From the IMG/VR virus record IMGVR_UViG_3300002307_000092, positions 1 through 43,505 of that record: 43,505 nucleotides of DNA. One strand, written 5' to 3'. Positions 26,617 through 35,499 of this stretch are shown here, piece by piece. Each line of letters starts with the position of its first letter. The first letter of the stretch is position 1. Both the position numbers and the translations under genes were made by a program. This DNA comes from a virus. Lineage: Duplodnaviria > Caudoviricetes. Under the pieces are notes generated by a model. It did no database searches and was not told where the DNA came from. It saw nothing but the letters and a program-made list of their open reading frames with translations.

Positions 26617-27086
26617 TTAAATTTCTTTGCAATAATAGATTCTTCTAGCCCTAAGTTTCTTGCTAACTGCTTAATATCTTCTTCGGTATTAATTTTGGCC
26701 AATAATTCAATGTCGACTCGTTTCATAGTAGGATATGTTTCTTCTAAAAACCTAACTTTTTTATTTATAGACCCTTTTGTAATTCCAATCCATTTATGAA
26801 AGTAAATGTTTTCTCCATTATAACTACACATACATAGCAATATCCACATGAGTTTTGGGTAATCTTGAAGCGTATTCCAATGTTTGTTACAATACTCATT
26901 TACTGTCAACACATAGTGTTCTTGAATTGCCTTAGGTTGATTTTTAACATTACTGATATATCGATTAAGTATGAAAAATTCTTTCTTTAACGACTTTTGA
27001 TTTTCTTCATCCATAGCATCCCACAATTCTCGAATATTTTGATCAACTGCTTGCAATTTTTCTTTTAATTCTACTTTTTCAGACAT
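26613..27086 (-). CDS. Clamp-loader small subunit-like (T4 gp62-like)
   Basis: FILNRYIS...VNE...P.LMW.LL...HKWI pattern; size and context. Confidence 0.6.
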   Translation of the reverse strand: MSEKVELKEKLQAVDQNIRELWDAMDEENQKSLKKEFFILNRYISNVKNQPKAIQEHYVLTVNEYCNKHWNTLQDYPKLMWILLCMCSYNGENIYFHKWIGITKGSINKKVRFLEETYPTMKRVDIELLAKINTEEDIKQLARNLGLEESIIAKKFK

Positions 27087-27592
27087 TAGAAAAGCCTATC
27101 TAAATAAATGATTTCACTTTGCCTTGATATTTCCTTTACAAAGTATGCACATAACGGAGCCAACCCTTGCGTAATCGGGGTAGCAAGTAATTGTCCGTTT
27201 TTCATTTTAGGAAAATACCATTTAACATCATTGTAAAAGTTTACTACCTCTATGCGTTTAAATTCAAGTCTAAATGAGCTCAAAGGATTAAAAAGTAGTG
27301 CTTCGAACCCTCTGTCATTTAAACTAGTTAATGGTAGAATTTCTATATCATTTCCTGTGGAACTATCGCCTACTGCAATACACCAATCGATTGGCATAAT
27401 GACTTCGTGTTCTCCAATTTTAAGGACCATTGCAGGACTATTGAATGATTCTAAAAATATTAGTGGCACAAAAAAGAAATCTGGATCTTTGGAATCGCTG
27501 TTGTCCAACACTGCAAATCTAGTGTTTTCGTCTACTTCTTCGGGTAGATTATTTAATGAGAATGGTTCGTTGTCTAATGTTAAAATGTGAAT
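27086..27592 (-). CDS. Conserved phage hypothetical protein, probable ATT start
   Basis: Frame open to GGAGG-N5-ATT-CAC-ATT-TTA. Confidence 0.65.
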   Translation of the reverse strand: MHILTLDNEPFSLNNLPEEVDENTRFAVLDNSDSKDPDFFFVPLIFLESFNSPAMVLKIGEHEVIMPIDWCIAVGDSSTGNDIEILPLTSLNDRGFEALLFNPLSSFRLEFKRIEVVNFYNDVKWYFPKMKNGQLLATPITQGLAPLCAYFVKEISRQSEIIYLDRLF

Positions 27593-27612
27593 AATAGCCT
27601 CCTGAATAATTT

Positions 27613-28461
27613 CTATTTGGTCCAGTCAATTTTTTGTAGTGTAAACGGATATTTTGCGTCTTTATAGTAACGCTTTCTTTCTGTTAAATGTTTTTTAGCA
27701 AACCTACAAGTGCTAGCAATATCCCAAACATTTGCAAAGTCTTTATCGTCTGCTTTTCTGATTCCTCTTCCAATGCTTTGTATTACACGAACAAAACTCT
27801 TTCCAGGTTCAATGAGCACAAGGTTAAAAATACGAGGAATATTAATACCGACAGCAGCGACACCATATGTAGCAATCGAAATTTTACTGTCGTTCGTTTT
27901 AAAGTCGTCGTAGTCCTCCTTTCTATTTTTTCCTTTTACTTTACCGGAAATAAATGCAACATCTAAATCTTTTAAGTGTTCCTGTAGTTGCTCACCAGTA
28001 TCGATTCGATTCACTAGTACAAGCGTATTCCCACTTTCTGAAATAGATCGCACTAGGGTCGAAATAAAAGTCATTCTATCATTATCGGTGACTAGATATT
28101 TGTTTTCATCCGCATACGATTTAAATTCTGGTAAATCGATCAACTGCATAATATTCACGTGCAATTTACTAAGAATTCCCATTTCTTGTAATTCGTGTGC
28201 CTTGATTCCTCCAACAACGGGTCCGATACTGGCAAAAATAGGTTCTGCCTCAAAATCGTTCTTTGGAATAGTTCCAGTTAGACCCCATCGAATACATGCA
28301 TTAGAAATATTTTGTGTAAGTAGGGATTTTAATATCTCTGCCTTAGCTTGATGGCAATTTGATACAACTGCATCATTTGCAATATAGTTATGATCGGTTT
28401 CAATATGTAGATTATATACTTCTTCTGGCTTTTCGACTATTGTCTTTCTTATTAATTTCAT
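27613..28461 (-). CDS. uvsW: UvsW helicase C-terminal part fused to C-intein (35 aa)
   Basis: VYNLHIETDHNYIANDAVVSN|CHQAK; GLTGT, GINIP and QSIGRGIR SF2 motifs. Confidence 0.92.
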   Translation of the reverse strand: MKLIRKTIVEKPEEVYNLHIETDHNYIANDAVVSNCHQAKAEILKSLLTQNISNACIRWGLTGTIPKNDFEAEPIFASIGPVVGGIKAHELQEMGILSKLHVNIMQLIDLPEFKSYADENKYLVTDNDRMTFISTLVRSISESGNTLVLVNRIDTGEQLQEHLKDLDVAFISGKVKGKNRKEDYDDFKTNDSKISIATYGVAAVGINIPRIFNLVLIEPGKSFVRVIQSIGRGIRKADDKDFANVWDIASTCRFAKKHLTERKRYYKDAKYPFTLQKIDWTK

Positions 28462-28543
28462 ATAGTTTTTCAATTTTTTGTTTCTTTATCAAAGTCATCT
28501 AAATTTGCTGGAATTCCGTTACTTAACAAGTATGCTTTATCAG

Positions 28544-29572
28544 CTACAATGAATTTATGTCAACTATCTCTAAATCATTAGTCAATTCGTCTGCTCTGAC
28601 CCATCCTTTATCAGTTAAAAATTTATGATTTGCTGTAACTTTTATATATTGTCCATTATCAAATTCCAATTCTAGCATAGCTTCATGCATAGTATGGGTT
28701 AAATTTTTATGTATTTTGATAATAGTATCTTCTTTAAATACATTATGTTTTTCACACAGGTTAATTACTTTATCGCCTATCTTTAAATCTTTGATTTGGG
28801 TTTTTCCGGTTGGCGTTGTAATCATCGTATCGCCAGAGAAACACTCGTCTACAATAACAGTATTTACATCATCTAAAAATCCTGATAGTGTAAGTGCATA
28901 ATCGTTGTCCCAATTCTTAGATTTCTTATCTAGAATATTTAGGCTTTGCCAGGTACAAATAGTATGAGTACGGCCGGTTTCTTTACGATCACCATAGTAT
29001 ACCCCAACATCTAATCCCACATTTTTAAAATCTTCTTCTGTTTGTGTAACGAGATCTTTGTTAGGTACAATAGTAACAGTTCTGCCATATTTTTCAGCAC
29101 AGTGGGCAAGCGTGGCTGTCATAATAGTCTTTCCTGCTCCAGTTGCTACTTCTTGTAATGCCTGTGTATGATCAAAAAACCGATTTACAATTTCTACCTG
29201 ATCATCTCTTAATGTAATAGGATGCCCCTCAAATCGATGTCCCTTTGGCCATACTTTATCCTTATCTGCCCAATAAGTAGTAGTAACAGGCTCGAACTCA
29301 ATCTTACCAGTTTTTCTTAAATCAATTACTTCTTCAATGCCGATATGATTGTTGTATAAAATTTCTAGTATTCGTTCTAATTGACTTAGATATCCATTGC
29401 CCCCGAGGCCAAACAAACTAATCTTACCGTCCCATCTGCCAAGTTTAAATGCAGGACGATATCTAGCAGTTGGGTCCTCATATTTAAAGGTTGTTGCTAG
29501 TTTTTTTCGTATTTCTAACGACAATCCTTCAAATTTAATGTTGACTTCGTCTTTAATTATTAATTTAACCAT
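28544..29572 (-). CDS. uvsW: UvsW helicase N-terminal part fused to N-intein (99 aa)
   Basis: WDGKI, ATGAGKT, VIVDE|CFSGDT...VTANHKFLT. Confidence 0.92.
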   Translation of the reverse strand: MVKLIIKDEVNIKFEGLSLEIRKKLATTFKYEDPTARYRPAFKLGRWDGKISLFGLGGNGYLSQLERILEILYNNHIGIEEVIDLRKTGKIEFEPVTTTYWADKDKVWPKGHRFEGHPITLRDDQVEIVNRFFDHTQALQEVATGAGKTIMTATLAHCAEKYGRTVTIVPNKDLVTQTEEDFKNVGLDVGVYYGDRKETGRTHTICTWQSLNILDKKSKNWDNDYALTLSGFLDDVNTVIVDECFSGDTMITTPTGKTQIKDLKIGDKVINLCEKHNVFKEDTIIKIHKNLTHTMHEAMLELEFDNGQYIKVTANHKFLTDKGWVRADELTNDLEIVDINSL

Positions 29573-30726
29573 CTGTTTTTAAATTCAAAAAGTCCCGGTT
29601 CTGTATCATAGGTTATTATTAGATCGCAACAAGTAGAGTATATTGCAGTTTTGCTATTCCTTAAATTAGTGTTAACTACAATAACGCTCATAGGTTTCCA
29701 ATTGTTCCTGAGTATAAACTTTGGAAGTTTATTAGTTTCAACTCCTATAACTTGTGTATTCTTATCTAATATCGTATTATACTTTCTTTCTGCGACAATT
29801 TCATTAAATTGTTTACCGGTATCGTTGTTAGGTAACCTAAAATATATTCCCACGTTATTAATGTCAAAGTGTGTTAATACGTTAGACATTTCAACTATTT
29901 GAGCAGTTAACTTTTTTTGATTATGCGTGTCAAAAATTAATAATACCGGCAATCTTTTTAATTCAATAAGCGATTCAAACACATTATATAATGAATATTC
30001 GTCGCTATTGATCCAAATCTTAGTTTGATTACGATATGCAATTTGTTCTGTAAGTGTAGTTGGTTCTTTGTTATCTATATAATATTGATACCGGACGCTA
30101 CGATCAGCAATAATATTTTGTGTTAGCGGAATATCTATACCTAAATCAGAAGTCAAATGCTTTTGAAAATTAGCATGGGATAGAGTATTAATACGATATT
30201 GATTTTTTATATTAATAATATCCCATGATTTAATAGTAACATAATATTCCATTATCGTGTCTTTGATAATAAAACCTAATCCGGATACAACATCAACTAG
30301 GGTTACTATGTTTAGTTCGGTTAGATCAGCAGAATATGTTTTACTATTAGGATCGGCGACGAATCCTTCGAGCTTTCCATCCTTGAATCGTTCTTGCAAT
30401 GCTTTTCGTATTGACGCAGAATATCCAAATTCTAATACAATTTGATTATGTTCGTTATTTGACGAGAGGTACATCTTTCTTGTATCGTCAACTGGCCTAA
30501 ACTGTTTTGACCAATCGGGTTGAGCTAGATGAGATTGTTCAATATTAAAAATTGAATTATTTTCTCGAAGTAACCTTAATAACAACCGACCTTGATTTTC
30601 AGTAATAAAAGAAGTATTCGATACCGCTTTCAAAAGACTTTTGAAAATCTTAAGGTCTCTATGAGAAATCTGTGTTTCGTCTATCAATTTCATCTTATCG
30701 ATAAACAGTTCGTCAATATACTTCAT
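29560..30726 (-). CDS. Conserved phage hypothetical protein
   Basis: 388-aa ORF; TTGACA-N17-TATAAT 7 nt before ATG. Confidence 0.8.
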   Translation of the reverse strand: MKYIDELFIDKMKLIDETQISHRDLKIFKSLLKAVSNTSFITENQGRLLLRLLRENNSIFNIEQSHLAQPDWSKQFRPVDDTRKMYLSSNNEHNQIVLEFGYSASIRKALQERFKDGKLEGFVADPNSKTYSADLTELNIVTLVDVVSGLGFIIKDTIMEYYVTIKSWDIINIKNQYRINTLSHANFQKHLTSDLGIDIPLTQNIIADRSVRYQYYIDNKEPTTLTEQIAYRNQTKIWINSDEYSLYNVFESLIELKRLPVLLIFDTHNQKKLTAQIVEMSNVLTHFDINNVGIYFRLPNNDTGKQFNEIVAERKYNTILDKNTQVIGVETNKLPKFILRNNWKPMSVIVVNTNLRNSKTAIYSTCCDLIITYDTEPGLFEFKNRWLN

Positions 30727-30769
30727 ATGTTTAATTATAAAGAATTATTCTTATCTTGTCAAGTACAAC

Positions 30770-31684
30770 TTATAAAAGTTTCTTCTTCCAAATTTCGATT
30801 GTTCGATCTAATCCTTCATTCAATTCAACTGTCGGTTTCCATCCTAAAATCCGTTCAGCTTTTGCAGGAATTGAATTTAATACATAAATCTCACCGACTC
30901 GAAATGGTTTACGACCCCAATTAATTGTACCAGTCCAGTTTAACTTCTGTGCAATAATATCGACTAGTGTTTTAATGCTAAGTGCATTTGCTGGTCCTGT
31001 GCAAAAAATCTCTTGTCTTGCAAGATTGCTTTTTTCGAGAACAGTCTCGTATAAACTTAACAAATCGTCGATCCATAAAAAGTTTCTATAAGGTTTATCA
31101 TACCCGATATTAATTTCGGTTGGATTTTTTAACATTTGGGTGATAACTTGTTCTACTACAAAGAAATCGTTATCGGACCGCCCGTATGTATTAGTTTGTC
31201 TAAAAATACAATATGGGAAGTTATAAGCACGGCCTGCATATTCTAAATACAATTCACATCCAACCTTTGCTACAGCATATGGTGCATTAGGATGTTGCTT
31301 AGTTTCTTCGTCGAATACAGGAAGAGTAAATTCTTCCCCATCACGAATCAAATCACTTTCCGGTTGCCAGCCATAGGTTTCCATAGTTGAACTAAACACA
31401 AAAAGTTTTAAGTTCGTTAGTTGTCTAGCAGCTTCGACAATATTTACTGTGCCTACATAATTTACAGAGCTAAATGATGACTGCTCATAAAAGCTCTTTT
31501 CGACTTCGGTTCTTGCTGCAAGGTGAATAATATAATCAGGATTGATATATTGCAAACGAGCATTAATAGTCGGCTCATCTAGCAAATCACAATCTAAATC
31601 AAAAATTTCGTATTTGTTTTCTAATCTAGATTTTAAATTAGATCCAATAAACCCGCTTAATCCCGTAATTAAAACTTTTTCCAT
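30770..31684 (-). CDS. NAD-dependent nucleotide-sugar epimerase/dehydratase
   Basis: TGLSGFIG, HLAA, SS..TYG, YAVAK (YxxxK), extended SDR. Confidence 0.92.
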   Translation of the reverse strand: MEKVLITGLSGFIGSNLKSRLENKYEIFDLDCDLLDEPTINARLQYINPDYIIHLAARTEVEKSFYEQSSFSSVNYVGTVNIVEAARQLTNLKLFVFSSTMETYGWQPESDLIRDGEEFTLPVFDEETKQHPNAPYAVAKVGCELYLEYAGRAYNFPYCIFRQTNTYGRSDNDFFVVEQVITQMLKNPTEINIGYDKPYRNFLWIDDLLSLYETVLEKSNLARQEIFCTGPANALSIKTLVDIIAQKLNWTGTINWGRKPFRVGEIYVLNSIPAKAERILGWKPTVELNEGLDRTIEIWKKKLL

Positions 31685-31693
31685 GAATACCTC

Positions 31694-32149
31694 TTATAAA
31701 GTTGCATCCTCCATACCAGCAACACGTAACTTAATAATGTTAGTTATCTGCCATTGTTTTTGATCAAGTGCTTTGGTAATTCCTAACCATCGATTTCTAA
31801 GCAAAGCAAATTCGTTAATTATGATTTCATAGTCAACTACTTCTGATTCACCATCTACAAATTTTTCGCAATCTCGAGAACTCAGTGCCCTCTGATAATT
31901 TTCGAGATATTTGCGAAAATTTTTACTTCTCAATCGGCGAAGTTCGATGTTAAGGTGCTCTAAGATAGCCTCTATTTCTTGTAGTTGATTAAATCTATGT
32001 TCTACAATTCCTGGCATATTGGCCGAGGCCCGTTCTATATTACCCGTTATACAGCATTCATCTTTTGCATGCTCTAACTGGGCATAAAAATAGTCCATGG
32101 CGTCGGCAATATTAGATATATCCAGAGATACCTTAGTATACCATCCCAT
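31694..32149 (-). CDS. uvsY: UvsY-like recombination mediator
   Basis: Coiled-coil with ...KFVDGE...KALDQKQWQITNII; adjacent to uvsX. Confidence 0.75.
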   Translation of the reverse strand: MGWYTKVSLDISNIADAMDYFYAQLEHAKDECCITGNIERASANMPGIVEHRFNQLQEIEAILEHLNIELRRLRSKNFRKYLENYQRALSSRDCEKFVDGESEVVDYEIIINEFALLRNRWLGITKALDQKQWQITNIIKLRVAGMEDATL

Positions 32150-32370
32150 TAAAAATCTAACTCCTCTCGATCAGCATCATCTTCTAAATAATACTCAATT
32201 GCTTGATCGAGTGTATGCTCAACGCCCATTGCTTGTTGTAATGTTCTATCTGTAACACCATTATCAAGTAACACTTCTATATACCTTTCTGCAACGGAAT
32301 CGAGTTGCTTCTTATCAATATAATCCGCAAATAATAGCCATAGTTCACCAATTTGAGTTTCATTCAACAT
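32149..32370 (-). CDS. Hypothetical protein
   Basis: Start MLNETQ after GAAGGAAG. Confidence 0.7.
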   Translation of the reverse strand: MLNETQIGELWLLFADYIDKKQLDSVAERYIEVLLDNGVTDRTLQQAMGVEHTLDQAIEYYLEDDADREELDF

Positions 32371-33418
32371 TATCTTCCTTCTCCTCAAGAGTTTCTTCTA
32401 ATTTAATAGGTGTGATATGGAAATTCTCCATTATCATATCTAATTTATCATCTTTCCACTCTTTTCGGTATAAAAGCGTCTCTTCTTGTGTCACTGGATG
32501 CACGTACTTTAATCTGTTACCTTGTTGATTAAGTAATCTTACCTTTTCAAACAAGTCAACAAGACCGCTATACGGGTTCATGCCTGTAGTATAAGGAATC
32601 TTAATTTGCAAACTCTCAAAAGGTTTTGCATATCGGGTTTTCATAATCTTACATGCTGCACGGATACCATTTACTTCGCTAGTTTTGTTACCGTCTTCGT
32701 CTTCTTTGAGTTTTAACTTCTTCATTGCAACTACAATAGAACTTGCATAGATAAAGCCTTGCCCACCTGATATTTTGTCATCTGGGTCAAACATATCTTG
32801 ACTTGCATAACTATGATTAGTTGCTACAAGACCTACATTATATGACCCGAACATATTAACACAGTTTCTAACAAGGGCAGTCAATGCTTTGGGCTTCCTG
32901 CCCATGTCACCTTTTAGATCTCCAGCTTCAAATTGGTTAATATCGGTCGGAGTTAGTAACATCCCTAATGAATCGATTACAAATAAGACCTTAGGCTTGT
33001 CTTCCATTGTCTTGTATTCTTTCATAAACTCACTTATTGTCTTAGCAACATCATCGATCATTGCCATATTAAGTTTAAGGAGTTTTTCTTCGCTTGTATC
33101 AACACCTAACGCACGTAGCCAAGATTCGTCAAGTGCGTTTTCACTGTCAACTAAGATAACATAAATGCCTTGTTGTTGTGCGTGTTTTACAATATTTCCC
33201 GAGCAAATGTAACTCTTACCTGCGCCCGAGTCGCCCGCAAAAACTGTTACCTTACCAAGTGGAATACCTTTGTTAAAGTCATTACTAATAAGATAATTTA
33301 ATGCGTAATTTCCAGTGCTGACCCAATCTGTTGGGTCATTAAATCCTACACCGAGTCCGTCGATAGACTTGGTTAATGTTTTCCTAAATTTACTTAGGTC
33401 AAAAGGTCTCGTTGCCAT
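32360..33418 (-). CDS. uvsX: RecA-like recombinase UvsX
   Basis: GDSGAGKS, VDSENA, VIDSLG, SGGQG and KTR motifs; SD AGGAGG. Confidence 0.95.
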   Translation of the reverse strand: MATRPFDLSKFRKTLTKSIDGLGVGFNDPTDWVSTGNYALNYLISNDFNKGIPLGKVTVFAGDSGAGKSYICSGNIVKHAQQQGIYVILVDSENALDESWLRALGVDTSEEKLLKLNMAMIDDVAKTISEFMKEYKTMEDKPKVLFVIDSLGMLLTPTDINQFEAGDLKGDMGRKPKALTALVRNCVNMFGSYNVGLVATNHSYASQDMFDPDDKISGGQGFIYASSIVVAMKKLKLKEDEDGNKTSEVNGIRAACKIMKTRYAKPFESLQIKIPYTTGMNPYSGLVDLFEKVRLLNQQGNRLKYVHPVTQEETLLYRKEWKDDKLDMIMENFHITPIKLEETLEEKEDNVE

Positions 33419-33476
33419 AATTCCTCCTATGTAGAAAACTCGGGCGTACAATTAAATTGTAGAGGCCCGGGCTGTA

Positions 33477-34439
33477 TTAGTTTTGAGCGTTACGCGATCT
33501 GATCATCTGTAGGATATCTTGCGCTCTGCTATCGCCAGATGCTGCATCAGCTACGTTAACATTCTTAACTGGTGCTACTGGCGCCAGTTCTTCATCGTAG
33601 TCATCTTGCACCTTGGGAGTTGCGGTCTTTACAGGATCCCCAGTTGATTGTGATATGCCGGCTGGCTTAAAGTATTGACCCCAGCGTTCTACGTCAAAGG
33701 ATTCGCCATCAACACTTGCTTCAAACATTTCCTTCATTACTTTGATTTCAACTTCTGTTGGCTTCTTAGGTAAGAAGTCTGAAAGATTGTGAAGTCCATA
33801 CTGCTTAACTGCTGCTTGTTCCACATCACTAAGCGGACGTTCGCGGCGCGACCATGTTGAAGTGGAATAGTCTGCATATCCGCCCTTACTACCTTTCTTC
33901 ATTCGGAAATCGACGCCGTGAATAGGGTCAATTGGAAGGTCTTCAAGTTCTGGATCCAATAATGCTGAATGGATTAACTTAAAAATTTGAGGCCCGATGA
34001 TGAATCTACGGATCGGATTCTCTGGGGTTTCCTTTTCCCCTAATCCGTCTTCAGTTACAAAACCTTGGAAGATATACGAACGCTTCTTCCAATACTTGCG
34101 ACCCATATCCTGGAGCGCATCATCTTTAAACCAGCCACGAACTTCACTAAGAATTGGACAAGTTTCGCCATACATTTCAACACAAGGCACTTGTACAATA
34201 GTCGATTTAGTTTCTGATTCACCTTTAATTCCAGCAAAAGGCAATTTGATCATTGCTCTTTCTACCCAGAAAAAAATGTTCTTATCGTCGCCGTCGGGTA
34301 AAAAACGAAATACGGATTCACCGCCTTCCTTGATGTTCCAAAATGGATAAATTGAGTTATCCCCGCCTGATCGATTATTATCTGTGTTGCGGGTTTCTGC
34401 CTCTTTTAATTTTGCTCTAATTTCTGCTAAAGTTGCCAT
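33477..34439 (-). CDS. 32: Single-stranded DNA-binding protein (T4 gp32-like)
   Basis: FRFLPD, C..C, KKRSY, KGGYADY motifs and acidic tail. Confidence 0.9.
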   Translation of the reverse strand: MATLAEIRAKLKEAETRNTDNNRSGGDNSIYPFWNIKEGGESVFRFLPDGDDKNIFFWVERAMIKLPFAGIKGESETKSTIVQVPCVEMYGETCPILSEVRGWFKDDALQDMGRKYWKKRSYIFQGFVTEDGLGEKETPENPIRRFIIGPQIFKLIHSALLDPELEDLPIDPIHGVDFRMKKGSKGGYADYSTSTWSRRERPLSDVEQAAVKQYGLHNLSDFLPKKPTEVEIKVMKEMFEASVDGESFDVERWGQYFKPAGISQSTGDPVKTATPKVQDDYDEELAPVAPVKNVNVADAASGDSRAQDILQMIRSRNAQN

Positions 34440-34507
34440 AATTATTCTCCTGTTTATGCCTTTTATTATATGTGCCTTAGTCTTATTTAAGAACCGCTCT
34501 TAAATAA

Positions 34508-34545
34508 GAAACGCATACAATATTCTATTATTGTATGCGTTTTTA
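34508..34545 (-). terminator. Hairpin/terminator upstream of gp32
   Basis: AAACGCATACAATA/TATTGTATGCGTTT; second inverted repeat at about 34481-34509. Confidence 0.6.
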
Positions 34546-34596
34546 TTTAGTTTTTCAAGTATTATGAGTACTTAAATCTGTTTTAAGATGGTGAAC

Positions 34597-35499
34597 TTAC
34601 TTATGATTAATTAATGTCTTGATTCTATCTAATTCGGTAGATTCGTTCATTCTCGATGCTGCATCTGTATATATTTTTGCTCTTGCAGGATCGCCCGATT
34701 TTGTGAATTCAGCTGCTTTGGCTAATAACTCTTGTTTTGCAGTATTAGGTGTAGCAGGTGCATACGGGTTAGGAATGCCTACTGCTGCGGCAGCATCTTT
34801 ACTAAAGTCTTGCTTTGCCGATTTGCCTTGTTGATAGTTTTGTGGTACAGGCTGATTTGGATCGGTTTCGCCTGGCGATTGCCCGTACATTTGCTTATAT
34901 GCTTGTTGGTATGCTGCTTGGGTTTTCGGTCCAAACTTTCCATCGGCTGTAATTGGATATCCCATAGATGCAAGTTTTTGTTGAATTTCTTGCACTTCTT
35001 CTGGACTAGTGTAACCGTATTGGGCACCAAGATCCTTAAATGCTGTGTTTGCTTTCGCAGGTGCTTTCGCAGGTGCTTTCGCAGGTGTCCCCGGTTGACC
35101 TGCTTGTGGAGTTACCGGTGGGGTTTTTGCACCAGGTTGTTGTGTTTTCGGAACTCTATATTTTTCAAATTCTGCCGGGCTCAACGGGCCGTGTGCCTTA
35201 GATTGAATAACTTCCGGTGCGTTGTCGTTGCCTGTTGCCCAATCCCACGCATTTGCAATACCCTGACCAATTTTACCGGTAACATTGCTAACTGCTGGAA
35301 TCTGGTTCAGTGCCTGTCCTGCTTCATATCCTCCACCTAACGCCGCTGCGGCGGGAGCAACTTTTGACATCATTGATGCCGGGTTAGTTGTAGATGCTAT
35401 CGTTCTTGGTAATTTTCCTCGTAAATCGGCACTACTACCGCTTCCTATAACTTTTTCTGCTTCGTTTATTACTTCGATGTACTCGCGTAGTGTTTTCAT
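34597..35499 (-). CDS. Virion protein with peptidoglycan-binding (PG_binding_1-like) domain
   Basis: EEVQEIQQKLASMGY...ADGKFGPKTQAA; AKAP repeats. Confidence 0.75.
   Translation of the reverse strand: MKTLREYIEVINEAEKVIGSGSSADLRGKLPRTIASTTNPASMMSKVAPAAAALGGGYEAGQALNQIPAVSNVTGKIGQGIANAWDWATGNDNAPEVIQSKAHGPLSPAEFEKYRVPKTQQPGAKTPPVTPQAGQPGTPAKAPAKAPAKANTAFKDLGAQYGYTSPEEVQEIQQKLASMGYPITADGKFGPKTQAAYQQAYKQMYGQSPGETDPNQPVPQNYQQGKSAKQDFSKDAAAAVGIPNPYAPATPNTAKQELLAKAAEFTKSGDPARAKIYTDAASRMNESTELDRIKTLINHK

Noticed and set aside
35049-35087. 12-bp tandem repeat (GCTTTCGCAGGT x3)
   Set aside because: Encodes an AKAP low-complexity linker; ordinary
34732-35340. 202-aa plus-strand ORF and other antisense ORFs in the track (e.g. 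7546-8112, 4338-4769, 2054-2428)
   Set aside because: Shadow frames of well-supported genes, without SDs or recognisable motifs
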